From a virus (Duplodnaviria > Caudoviricetes), in the IMG/VR virus record IMGVR_UViG_3300046788_000132, positions 1 through 31,027 of that record: a DNA stretch of 31,027 nucleotides. One strand, given 5' to 3'. Both the position numbers and the translations under genes were made by a program. Numbering within the stretch: position 1 is the stretch's first letter; the number at the start of each line of letters is the position of its first letter. This document shows positions 8,975 to 16,808 of this stretch, piece after piece. Under the pieces are notes generated by a model. It saw nothing but the letters and a program-made list of their open reading frames with translations. It did not search any database and was not told where the DNA came from.

Positions 8975-9812
8975 GGGGACCTCGGGTGCCGCGCGAGAAG
9001 GTCTTGGAACCCATCGCGACGTTGGGGTACTCGTCTATCGGCTCGTCGTACTTGGAAGCGATCTTGATGTAGTCGGACCAAGAGTCGTAGCCGGCGGCCT
9101 GCGCCCAGCTGTCAGCGTTCATTCCCTTGCCGCGCTCCTGGAGCGCTGCGATCCCTTCCTCACCTGCGAACTCCTCGATCGACGGGACGCGCAGGCGCTT
9201 GCCCTCACCCATGTCTATCTCCGCGTTCCTTGGAGCCGACTCGGCGCGGGGCTCCGAAGCGGTCCGCAGGGCCTGCTCGCGGGCTTCCGCGATCAGTTCG
9301 TGCGTGTGCGTGCCGACGACCATGGCGAGAGTCGTCTTCCAGGTCTGCGGGTCGGCGCGCACTTCGGCGGGCATTTCCTTGACGAGGGCTTCGACCTCGG
9401 GGAGGAAGCGCTTGTGCTCGTTGGGGAGCGCTCCGACGACCTGATTCCGAGCGACCTGCTCCAAGGTGTTCATGCCGACGTTGCGGAGCGGGTTCAGTTC
9501 GCGGGTGCGAACATCGTGAACTGCGGCGTTGACACGATCGTTGATGAGGCCGGCGATCTTGTTCGCGGCTCCCTCGCCCGACTGCAGGGCCGTCTCGACG
9601 TCCGCGACGGTCACCGTGGGGACGGGGGCCTGCGGGGTAGCGGGACCAGGCTGCGGAATGAAGCGCTCCGCGAGTCCAGTGATCCGATCCATGAGAGCGG
9701 TCTGCGAGGCCACGAGGTCATCCTTGGTGATGAACTGCGGCGTGGGTTCTTGGGGCTTCACGGCTTCGGGCTCGGGCTCCGGGGCGCGTGAGAAGAGTTC
9801 AGCGAGACGCAT
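8961..9812 (-). CDS. Capsid scaffolding protein (putative)
   Basis: AAGGA RBS before the ATG at 9812. Helical and Pro/Glu-rich. Lies between portal and capsid. Confidence 0.65.
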   Translation of the reverse strand: MRLAELFSRAPEPEPEAVKPQEPTPQFITKDDLVASQTALMDRITGLAERFIPQPGPATPQAPVPTVTVADVETALQSGEGAANKIAGLINDRVNAAVHDVRTRELNPLRNVGMNTLEQVARNQVVGALPNEHKRFLPEVEALVKEMPAEVRADPQTWKTTLAMVVGTHTHELIAEAREQALRTASEPRAESAPRNAEIDMGEGKRLRVPSIEEFAGEEGIAALQERGKGMNADSWAQAAGYDSWSDYIKIASKYDEPIDEYPNVAMGSKTFSRGTRGPHAGN

Positions 9813-10014
9813 TCGAGAGGCGTTCCTTTCTGTTTTGCTCAACGAGGAACAGGATCATCTCGATCCCATCCACCCGACCAGCTTGACGTTCGTGGCTTGC
9901 AGAATCGACACGACGCAGCTTATCAAGCTCACGGTCACGATGATCGCGCAGCCACGCAATGTGGTCATCATACGCATCGGAGTCGCGAGATAGAACGGTT
10001 TCCCATTTCCGCAT
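9799..10014 (-). CDS. Small post-portal hypothetical protein
   Basis: GAGG RBS. Helical 71 aa with RQAGRVDGI, as commonly follows podoviral portals. Confidence 0.7.
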   Translation of the reverse strand: MRKWETVLSRDSDAYDDHIAWLRDHRDRELDKLRRVDSASHERQAGRVDGIEMILFLVEQNRKERLSNASR

Positions 10015-10039
10015 CAGGGTATTTCCTCAGAACGGTGTG

Positions 10040-11947
10040 TCAACCAGCCGGCCCGGGGGATGGAGGCGCGGGGGGGCCACCAGGCCCGCCACCCCCGGCC
10101 CCACTGTCACCACCGCCACCCTGGTCCCCACCGAACATCTTCTGCATGATCGCGCTCGTCTGCTGCGCCTGGGCCTGCTCGGGGGTCTGCTCCTTGAGGA
10201 GCTTGTCGGTGTCGAGCAGCAGGGGCTTGGGATCGCGAATCTGGTCGTACGTCCGCAGGGTGCGGTCGGCCATCTCGTTCGCCGCGACGATGATCTGCTT
10301 GGCGATGTCCCGAATCTCAGGCGGGGACTGCGGGTTGACGGCCTGCGCCAGCAGTTCCATGGCCGGCTTGTAGTACTGCGCGAACATGAAGTTGGAGACC
10401 TGCAGCATCGCCTGGCGGTCGGCCTCGCGGTTGGTCTGCGGGGTGGCGGACGTGAAGTCGACGCCGACGTACTTGCGGTAGTCGGCCATCTTGAGGATGT
10501 CGATCACGTCCTTCGCGTCGTCCCCGATGACCGAGCGCATGTGGTTCTCCATCTGCTGCGCGGGACCGCCGCCCATCTTGAGGCGTTCGCGCTGGCGCAG
10601 GAGGCACTGACGGAGGGCCTCTGCGGTGGCCAGGCGCATCTGGTCGAAGGGGGGGATGAACCTCCGGTTCATGGCCTGAATCTGGGAGAGCGCCGTGATC
10701 CCCGGGGTTCGGGTCCCGATGTTCTTGGACTCGTTGGCGCTGCTGCCCGCCTGGCCCTCGGTGCCCACGCGGCGCTCGGCCATCGCGTTGATGAGGCCCT
10801 CGGCTTCCGCCGACGACGGGTACACGTCCGACAGGCGGTGTTCCTGTAGCGCGCCGACCTCGCGGACGGGGATGATCTTCCCCGGGTGCATCACCATGGA
10901 CTCCGGGACGGAGCCCTCGACGGCGGACCAGCAGCGGGTGTTCGCCAGGAACATGTTGAGCAGGCGGTAGTTGTGGACCTCCGTGTTCTCTTCCTGGTGG
11001 GGGCGCAGCATGGACATGACGCCGAGGCCGTAGGCGAGGTCCGGGCGCAGCTGGTAGCGCATGGGGACGATCGCCCGCTCGTCGTACGGGTAGTAGTTGA
11101 CGTCGAGGACCTTCTGGCTGCTGCGATCGAAGATGACTTCTAGGTCGAGTTCCGTGCCGTCGTTGTGGTAGTCGTACCTCATGGCGATACGATAGATTTC
11201 AAAGTACTCGTAGTAGTTGTTGGACCCGGTGGTGAGGCTGACCCATTCGTACTGCTGGCGGACCCAGTCGGTCATCGCGATGGGCATGGCCTTGGAGGTG
11301 TCCCAGCCGCATTTCTTCCGGTAGAGTTCTAGCTCGCCGGGGGTCATCCAGAAGCGCAGCGCCACCCAGCGGTCGGCCTGCAGGTTGCCGCGCGAGCCGC
11401 CCATGAAGAGGACGTTCTCCGGGGCGATGGGGATGATCCGCGGGCCGCGGTCCACGATCTTTGCGAACCTCGTCTGGACGGTCTCCTCGACGTACGGGAC
11501 GTAGAACGCGGCGGTGCCCAGCTGGATGTTGTTGAGGTAGGCGTGGTCGGTGGCCTCGCGCATGCCGCAGTCGTTCGCCGCGACGTAGTTCACCCAGCGC
11601 TGCATGGCCTTGGCGTGGCGCTCGAACTTCTCGTCGTTGGCGCGGCACGTCAGGAGCGGGTCGCCTGCGTAGATGGTGTCGATGGCCTGGGCGTACAGCG
11701 TGTCGCAGTGCTGCGCGCCGAGGGGGACCTCGATGTTCGGGGCGTCGGGGATGGGGGACGAGCGATACTGCTTGCGGGGGTGGGCAGCGTACTGTCGGCG
11801 GCACTCGCGCCAGTCAGCTTCCTGGGGGTGCCGTGCCGACAGGGCGTTCTCGATTTCCCACGAGCAGCAGCCGGCGAGTTGGTTGTCCGCCTCGGCGGTG
11901 CGCCGAAGCTCGGGGACGTTCGGGAGAATGTCGATGGTCCGACCCAT
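10040..11947 (-). CDS. Portal protein (P22/T7-like)
   Basis: 635 aa with NNIQLGTAAFYV, YGLGVMSMLRPHQEENT and PGKII motifs, and a Gln/Gly/Pro-rich C-terminal tail. Position fits. Confidence 0.88.
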   Translation of the reverse strand: MGRTIDILPNVPELRRTAEADNQLAGCCSWEIENALSARHPQEADWRECRRQYAAHPRKQYRSSPIPDAPNIEVPLGAQHCDTLYAQAIDTIYAGDPLLTCRANDEKFERHAKAMQRWVNYVAANDCGMREATDHAYLNNIQLGTAAFYVPYVEETVQTRFAKIVDRGPRIIPIAPENVLFMGGSRGNLQADRWVALRFWMTPGELELYRKKCGWDTSKAMPIAMTDWVRQQYEWVSLTTGSNNYYEYFEIYRIAMRYDYHNDGTELDLEVIFDRSSQKVLDVNYYPYDERAIVPMRYQLRPDLAYGLGVMSMLRPHQEENTEVHNYRLLNMFLANTRCWSAVEGSVPESMVMHPGKIIPVREVGALQEHRLSDVYPSSAEAEGLINAMAERRVGTEGQAGSSANESKNIGTRTPGITALSQIQAMNRRFIPPFDQMRLATAEALRQCLLRQRERLKMGGGPAQQMENHMRSVIGDDAKDVIDILKMADYRKYVGVDFTSATPQTNREADRQAMLQVSNFMFAQYYKPAMELLAQAVNPQSPPEIRDIAKQIIVAANEMADRTLRTYDQIRDPKPLLLDTDKLLKEQTPEQAQAQQTSAIMQKMFGGDQGGGGDSGAGGGGPGGPPAPPSPGPAG

Positions 11948-11950
11948 CGA

Positions 11951-12307
11951 CTACGACCCCGCGATCAGCGTCCGAACGGTGGCGGACTGGCCGCTGTTGT
12001 TCTGCAGGAGCGGCGAGCCGCCGGTGAGGTTGCAGTCGAACAGGATCATCACGCCGCCGGGGTTGAGGGTGATGGGGTTGGTGGCGGAGTTGTTCACGCC
12101 GATGGCGACGGTCTGGTCGGCTTGGAGGATGAGCGCCTGGATGTTGGTGGTCATCTCGCCGGTCGGCAACGCCACGAAGGACGCGCTGGTCGCGCGGATG
12201 GCCGTCATCGGCTGCGACTCTGCGGGGGAGATGCGGCGAATGATGGGCGACGTGGCGATGGGGACGTCGTCTACGTCGATGGAGACCGTGATCCGGAGCG
12301 TCGGCAT
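11951..12307 (-). CDS. Putative virion structural protein (118 aa)
   Basis: The ATG at 12307 overlaps the upstream TGA. Beta-rich sequence MPTLRITVSIDVDD...ITLNPGGVMILF. Confidence 0.6.
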   Translation of the reverse strand: MPTLRITVSIDVDDVPIATSPIIRRISPAESQPMTAIRATSASFVALPTGEMTTNIQALILQADQTVAIGVNNSATNPITLNPGGVMILFDCNLTGGSPLLQNNSGQSATVRTLIAGS

Positions 12308-12744
12308 CAGGGGCCGATGCAGCGCGCCTTCTCGCGGAGCAGCAGCCACATTGTGAGTGTGGTGCCCGCGTTGTTCGCGCCAACGCCGGTCACGATGAGC
12401 TTGAGGTACTTGGCCAGGACCGCTGGGAAGGGGTACTTGTGGAAGCCCTTGGGGTCCGCGGCGAAGTCGGTGTTGGTCGACGCGGTGATTGGGGGGTTGT
12501 CCCCGATGGACTCGAAGATGACCAGGGGGTCCAGGAAGACCTCGGGTGGGTAGTTCGACACGGACGAGTGCCCGCCGATCCAGTCGATCTTGATGTCGGC
12601 GGTGCCTGGGGAGGCCAGCTGGAACATGACGGCTTCGACCCGGTCGATCGCGTCGATCGCCAGCGAGGGCGACGTAACCACCCCGACACCGTTGACGGCG
12701 GTGCCCGGGGGGAACATCAGGGCTTGAAAGAGATGGTCAGACAT
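12307..12744 (-). CDS. Putative virion structural protein (145 aa, beta-sandwich)
   Basis: Coupled to both neighbours. C-terminal strand pattern AKYLKLIVTGVG. Confidence 0.6.
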   Translation of the reverse strand: MSDHLFQALMFPPGTAVNGVGVVTSPSLAIDAIDRVEAVMFQLASPGTADIKIDWIGGHSSVSNYPPEVFLDPLVIFESIGDNPPITASTNTDFAADPKGFHKYPFPAVLAKYLKLIVTGVGANNAGTTLTMWLLLREKARCIGP

Positions 12745-12901
12745 GCTTGCTGAGCAGGTCGGTCGGCTTGGCGCTCATCCCCGCGCCCACCATGAAGGCG
12801 GCGACGAGGGACGCAACGGTGTGGTCGCCCGAGGCGTACAGCACCGCAACGGATACGAGCCCCGCGACGACGTGGTCGATCAGCGGCTTGAGTGCGCTCA
12901 T
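12737..12901 (-). CDS. Small two-helix membrane protein, holin candidate (54 aa)
   Basis: Below the ORF-track cutoff. The ATG overlaps the ATP-grasp stop (ATGA). Reads MSALKPLIDHVVAGLVSVAVLYASGDHTVASLVAAFMVGAGMSAKPTDLLSKHV. Confidence 0.65.
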   Translation of the reverse strand: MSALKPLIDHVVAGLVSVAVLYASGDHTVASLVAAFMVGAGMSAKPTDLLSKHV

Positions 12902-14187
12902 GCGGGCACGCTAGCACCCTTGGATGGTGTGCCAAGCGGGGTGGGGCACAGCCGGTGTTCGTGCAGGAATTTCAGAGCCTCTTCCAGTCGGCTGACGGGG
13001 TCAGTGCGGTACATGAGGTCGGGGATGTCGAGGCCGTCCGCGGTGGCGAGCAGCGCGGATCGCATGGCGGTAACGTCCGTTCCGGTCGTAACGGCAGCAC
13101 CGAGGAACCCCGAGCCGCAAGCGGAGACGGGTCCATCCCGCTCGCACGCGACGTCCTCGGGCCAAAACGAATGGTCGTCCAGTACTGCGGACGGTAGTGG
13201 AAGGCCCACTTGTTGCTTGTCATCCTTGGAGTTCTCCATGGGTTGGGGGGGCATGGAGAGCCGCAGCGTCATCCCTGCCTTCTTGGGTCGGTAGAACTGG
13301 GAGAGGCCGCCCTGGGCGAACTCCGTCAGCTGGGTGGCGAGCGACTCATCGAAGATGGCGCACGACGCCTGGGTGGAGTCCCAGCCGGTACGCATCGTCC
13401 ATTCCAGGCCGTAGACGTCGAGCGTCGGGGTGATGATGGTGTTGACCGCCGCGATGCCGACGTAGTTGCTAGCGGCGAGCGCATCGAGGAACGGGGCCAG
13501 GGCCAGTTTGACCAGGCGGCAGGACTCCGGTATCTCCCACACGATGTTGCTGGCGCAGCCGAGCGCGGGGCCATGATCCCCGACCATGAATTTCTTCTCT
13601 TCGATGGTTACCTCGAAGGATACTGGCTGCTTCCCGTCGAACCAGACCGCTACGTCAATCTCACAGCCGTCTGGGGCGGGGGCCTGCAAAACGAAGCGGG
13701 GAACCTTGGCGAGTTGTGGGCGAGCCCAATGGAGGAAGCGGAGGAGCGTCTCAGTGTCCCCCTTGCGGGTCATCGCTTTGGGGACGTGACCGTCCGGCTT
13801 AAAGTACCAGTCACCTTCCGCCTGTCGCAGGAATTTCTCAGCAGCTGGCAGATTGTCGAATGCGTGTGTGGTGGACATCCGGAGACCGGCATGTTCCATG
13901 ACTTCAAGACCGAGTTCTCGCTTCTTTTCCCATATTTCTAGAGTGTTACCTCCGATCACGGGGCCGCGCTTCCGCCACCAGTGGGACAGGCGGTCGAACC
14001 CCAGGCCGTCGATCAGGGTGAGGTCGTAGTGGGAAACCGGCGGGTACTGGGCCACGCGCTTCACGACGCCCTGCAGCATCGGCATGCAGGAGTGGTCCTT
14101 GGGGATGAACGCGACGTCGTTGCCCTGGCGGGTTAGATGGACAGCGAGTCCAGCCCCGTCGCCGGTCTCACTGACGATGGCGATCAT
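12898..14187 (-). CDS. Divergent PurD (GAR synthetase)-like ATP-grasp ligase
   Basis: Motifs EKKRELGLEVMEHAGL, YFKPDG, FVLQ...GCEI, EEKKFMVGDHGPALG (cf. PurD DHKR..D.D.GPNTGGMG), YVGIAAVN and LEWTMRTGWDSTQ (cf. IEFNxRFGDPETQ). Confidence 0.8.
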   Translation of the reverse strand: MIAIVSETGDGAGLAVHLTRQGNDVAFIPKDHSCMPMLQGVVKRVAQYPPVSHYDLTLIDGLGFDRLSHWWRKRGPVIGGNTLEIWEKKRELGLEVMEHAGLRMSTTHAFDNLPAAEKFLRQAEGDWYFKPDGHVPKAMTRKGDTETLLRFLHWARPQLAKVPRFVLQAPAPDGCEIDVAVWFDGKQPVSFEVTIEEKKFMVGDHGPALGCASNIVWEIPESCRLVKLALAPFLDALAASNYVGIAAVNTIITPTLDVYGLEWTMRTGWDSTQASCAIFDESLATQLTEFAQGGLSQFYRPKKAGMTLRLSMPPQPMENSKDDKQQVGLPLPSAVLDDHSFWPEDVACERDGPVSACGSGFLGAAVTTGTDVTAMRSALLATADGLDIPDLMYRTDPVSRLEEALKFLHEHRLCPTPLGTPSKGASVPA

Positions 14188-14903
14188 CCGAACAACTTGC
14201 CACGAACCTTGTTGACCTTGTTCGTGACGCGGGTTTCTTTCTTGGCGGCTTTCGCCGCGATGCGCCCGGTGACCTTGGTGGTGCGCGCGGCCTGCTTGGC
14301 GGGCAGGGCATTGATGCGGCCCTGGACCTTGGCGGCCCTGTTCTCGACCTTGGTGTCCTTGCGCTGAACAGCCGCCGCCTTGCCGAGCTTGCCCTTGGCG
14401 GTGAGCGCGGCGCTGCGTGCGTCGAGGCGGGCGTCCTTGCCCTGTAGGTGAGTCTCCCGCTTGCCGAGCTTCGCCTCGCGCTTGTCGAATCGCTTGTCGA
14501 TCCGGTTCGTCGCCTTGGTCTCGCGGTTCGCCGCGTTGATGGGAATCTGCGACTGACGGTGGGTCAGCTTGTTGAGACGGTGCGTCAGCTGCTGTGTCTT
14601 GTTGGGACCGGGGCCGTTGCCGCCCGCACCACCTGGACCGGCGTCGCCGCCAGTCCCCGCCGCCCCGGGAAGCGCACTCGCCAACGATGACGCTGGCGTT
14701 GCTCCCGCCCCAGCCGCCGTCCCAACACCCGTGAATCCGCCGCCCGCTCCGAGCGCGCCAGCCGGCGGGGCACCGCCCGTGGCGGGTGCCGGCAGACCCT
14801 GACGACCAGCCGGCTGCGACTGCTCGATGAGCGTCGGGCGACGCTCCGCGATGCGCTGGTTCATGATGTCGACCAGCTGCGAGAAGATTGGGGAGGTCGG
14901 CAC
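14184..14903 (-). CDS. Gly/Ala/Pro-rich N-terminal, Lys/Arg-rich C-terminal protein
   Basis: Probable GTG start at 14903. The stop overlaps the ATP-grasp ATG. Contains repeats TKATNRI, TKVENRA, TKVTGRI and TRVTNKV. Confidence 0.7.
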   Translation of the reverse strand: MPTSPIFSQLVDIMNQRIAERRPTLIEQSQPAGRQGLPAPATGGAPPAGALGAGGGFTGVGTAAGAGATPASSLASALPGAAGTGGDAGPGGAGGNGPGPNKTQQLTHRLNKLTHRQSQIPINAANRETKATNRIDKRFDKREAKLGKRETHLQGKDARLDARSAALTAKGKLGKAAAVQRKDTKVENRAAKVQGRINALPAKQAARTTKVTGRIAAKAAKKETRVTNKVNKVRGKLFG

Positions 14904-14910
14904 AGCCGAC

Positions 14911-15126
14911 CTACATCCCGACGTGGGTTGGTCGGTACTTGGACCCGAGCGCGGAGTGCCGGGACTTCCGGCGACCGCGGTGGTGCTCACGCTTCATGTG
15001 GCCGTCCTTGTGCATGAAGTCGGTGAGTTGCTTGTCGGACATCTTGACGGATGTCTTTTCGCCCTTGCGCTTCTTGGAGCGCTCGACCGCCATGAACTTG
15101 CGCTGCTTCTCGCTGCTGGCCGGCAT
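14911..15126 (-). CDS. Small basic protein (MPAxSEKQRxFM type)
   Basis: GAGGTG RBS and TGATG overlap. Reads MPASSEKQRKFMAVERSKKRKGEK... Confidence 0.75.
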   Translation of the reverse strand: MPASSEKQRKFMAVERSKKRKGEKTSVKMSDKQLTDFMHKDGHMKREHHRGRRKSRHSALGSKYRPTHVGM

Positions 15127-15413
15127 CACATCACCTCGCCGGGGGTCTTGCGGTCCTTGCCGTAGGACGACTGGTAGAGCTTGGAGCGCAGGGCCTTGGT
15201 CAGGCGTTGGAGACTGGGGTGCATCTCCTCGCGCTTGCGCGAGTCCTTGAGGGCCGAGTCCGCCGCTGCGTTCTTGAGACGCGGGGGGGCCTTTTCAATT
15301 GGGTCGTGCCGCCCTCGACCCCTCGCGACACCCCCCGACTTGCTGCGGTGCGCGCCCTTCGGGAGGTGGGACTTCTTGCGAGGTCCCGACCCCCCGATCA
15401 CTCCACCATGCAT
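15126..15413 (-). CDS. Small basic protein
   Basis: Reads MHGGVIGGSGPRKKSHLPKGAHRSKSGG... and is contiguous with its neighbours. Confidence 0.6.
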   Translation of the reverse strand: MHGGVIGGSGPRKKSHLPKGAHRSKSGGVARGRGRHDPIEKAPPRLKNAAADSALKDSRKREEMHPSLQRLTKALRSKLYQSSYGKDRKTPGEVM

Positions 15414-15422
15414 CACGGTGGT

Positions 15423-15587
15423 TTACGCCTTGCCCTTCGGCTCCCGGAAGACGCCCTTCATCTTGCCGGCGTTGAGCTTGCCCCCAGCGGCGGGTCCCTT
15501 GTGCGTGGGGACCTTGGAGCCGGACTTGCCGCCAGAGTAGTTGTTCTCTTCCTTGTTCTTGTAGCCGTGCGATTCGCCGTATCCCAT
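15423..15587 (-). CDS. Small Gly/Lys-rich protein (54 aa)
   Basis: Below the ORF-track cutoff. AAGGAA RBS. Reads MGYGESHGYKNKEENNYSGGKSGSKVPTHKGPAAGGKLNAGKMKGVFREPKGKA. Confidence 0.75.
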   Translation of the reverse strand: MGYGESHGYKNKEENNYSGGKSGSKVPTHKGPAAGGKLNAGKMKGVFREPKGKA

Positions 15588-15596
15588 GGGAGTTCC

Positions 15597-15809
15597 TTAC
15601 TTACCCTGCGCTGCGGCCACGACGCCCTTGCCCAGCGAGACGCAGGACGGGACTTCGGCCAGACACGCGGGCGCGGACGACTGCACCTCGGCAGCACACC
15701 CCGCGGCGAGAGTGAGGTCGGAGACGAGCGACGCCGATCCGGCCTTGGAGCCGTAGGCCCCGCAGCCCGACGCAGCGACCGCGATGGTGAGAGCGATGAG
15801 CGTTTTCAT
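15597..15809 (-). CDS. Small lipoprotein (spanin-like candidate)
   Basis: MKTLIALTIAVAASG-C lipobox, plus three further Cys. Confidence 0.7.
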   Translation of the reverse strand: MKTLIALTIAVAASGCGAYGSKAGSASLVSDLTLAAGCAAEVQSSAPACLAEVPSCVSLGKGVVAAAQGK

Positions 15810-15840
15810 AGCGATCAGGGTATCGAGGGAGGTCGGTGTG

Positions 15841-16104
15841 TCAAGCGTAACCGTTGTCGGGGGTGCCGGCTTTCTCCAGGATCGACACCCGGCGGTGCAG
15901 GTCCTTGAAGCGAATGTCGTCCACCATGGAGTGGCCGGCGGCTTCGGTGCGGATCACCGCGATGAGTTCCAGGGTTTTCAGGTGCGCCTCGTTCATCTTG
16001 TTGATCTGGTCGTTGACCTGGCCAACCCAGTAGCGGATCACGCCGGCAGCGCCGACGAGGCTCGCAATGGTTAGCGGGAAAGCGAAGTCGTGAAAGACGT
16101 CCAT
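15841..16104 (-). CDS. Single-TM coiled-coil protein (holin/antiholin/i-spanin-like candidate, 87 aa)
   Basis: ATG at 16104 with a purine-rich RBS. FAFPLTIASLVGAAGVIRYWV transmembrane segment, then a coiled coil ending LHRRVSILEK. Confidence 0.65.
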   Translation of the reverse strand: MDVFHDFAFPLTIASLVGAAGVIRYWVGQVNDQINKMNEAHLKTLELIAVIRTEAAGHSMVDDIRFKDLHRRVSILEKAGTPDNGYA

Positions 16105-16748
16105 GGGCGGGGGCTCTCTTCCTCGCCGTAGACTTCGCGGCGGATGATATCGGGGTCGACACCCCGGTCGCGAAGATACCGGGCGAGGTGTTCGCGCTCG
16201 GCAGACTCGGTGTGGGCGCGGGGGCGCGGGGGGATGAACCGGCAGAGCGACGCGCAGCTGTCGATGAGGTCCTTCTGCATGGACATGGGGAAGGCGCAAA
16301 TCTGGTCCACCAGGGGCGTCAGGTGGCGCGCGATGAACAGGCGACCGTTCCCCACGAGCGGCTGCAAGATAGTTCTAATTCTATAGTCCTTCTCGATGTT
16401 GCTGGGCTGCGGCACCTTCACGATAGGGAGATGTCGATTAGCACGGCGGGCATCTCGGGCGAGAGCATCGAGCCAGAGACCAGCAAGGCCATTAGATTCT
16501 CCTCCAAAGGACTTGACGCTCCACCGTGAACATACAGCGTACATCCGCTCGATGAGGTCATCAGTAGACACTCGGTCAGACCAGGCATCAACGATGAAGT
16601 ATCGGCCAAGGGAGTCGAGTCCGCCGACGCAGATGGCGGCGCTGGACGCGACGCGCTTGAGGCGCGCGGAGGTTGCACCGGCCTGGCCGCCGTGCGGGTC
16701 AACGAACGCATACAGCGGTCGGATATCAGCGATGCGAAGGGTTGCCAC
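16071..16748 (-). CDS. terL: Terminase large subunit, stand-alone C-terminal RNase H-like nuclease domain
   Basis: Motifs YAFVDPHGG, SSAAICVGGLD, IVDAW, GGESNG, KDYRIRTILQPLVGNGRLF and FPMSMQKDLIDSCA. The start codon is uncertain. Confidence 0.85.
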   Translation of the reverse strand: MATLRIADIRPLYAFVDPHGGQAGATSARLKRVASSAAICVGGLDSLGRYFIVDAWSDRVSTDDLIERMYAVCSRWSVKSFGGESNGLAGLWLDALARDARRANRHLPIVKVPQPSNIEKDYRIRTILQPLVGNGRLFIARHLTPLVDQICAFPMSMQKDLIDSCASLCRFIPPRPRAHTESAEREHLARYLRDRGVDPDIIRREVYGEEESPRPWTSFTTSLSR

Positions 16749-16786
16749 CAGGGTTTCCGTTTCATCGAGGTGCTGGGACTGGGGTG

Positions 16787-16803
16787 CTCATTACGGTATC
16801 TAC
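16787..16803 (-). promoter_or_regulatory. GTAGATACCGTAATGAG motif copy (between the TerL halves)
   Basis: Identical over 17 bp to 17941-17957. Confidence 0.75.
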
Positions 16804-16808
16804 TGAGG

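Noticed and set aside
12898-14187. Calling the ATP-grasp gene purD (purine auxiliary metabolic gene)
   Set aside because: The substrate-binding motifs are altered, it lies in the structural operon, and there are no other purine genes, so the symbol is withheld.
16418-16765. 115 aa alternative-frame ORF inside the TerL nuclease, over a patch of lower-GC codons
   Set aside because: It has an ATGA overlap with the 9-codon minigene but no recognisable features. Similar low-GC patches occur in other genes (e.g. about 13580-13960) without overlapping ORFs.
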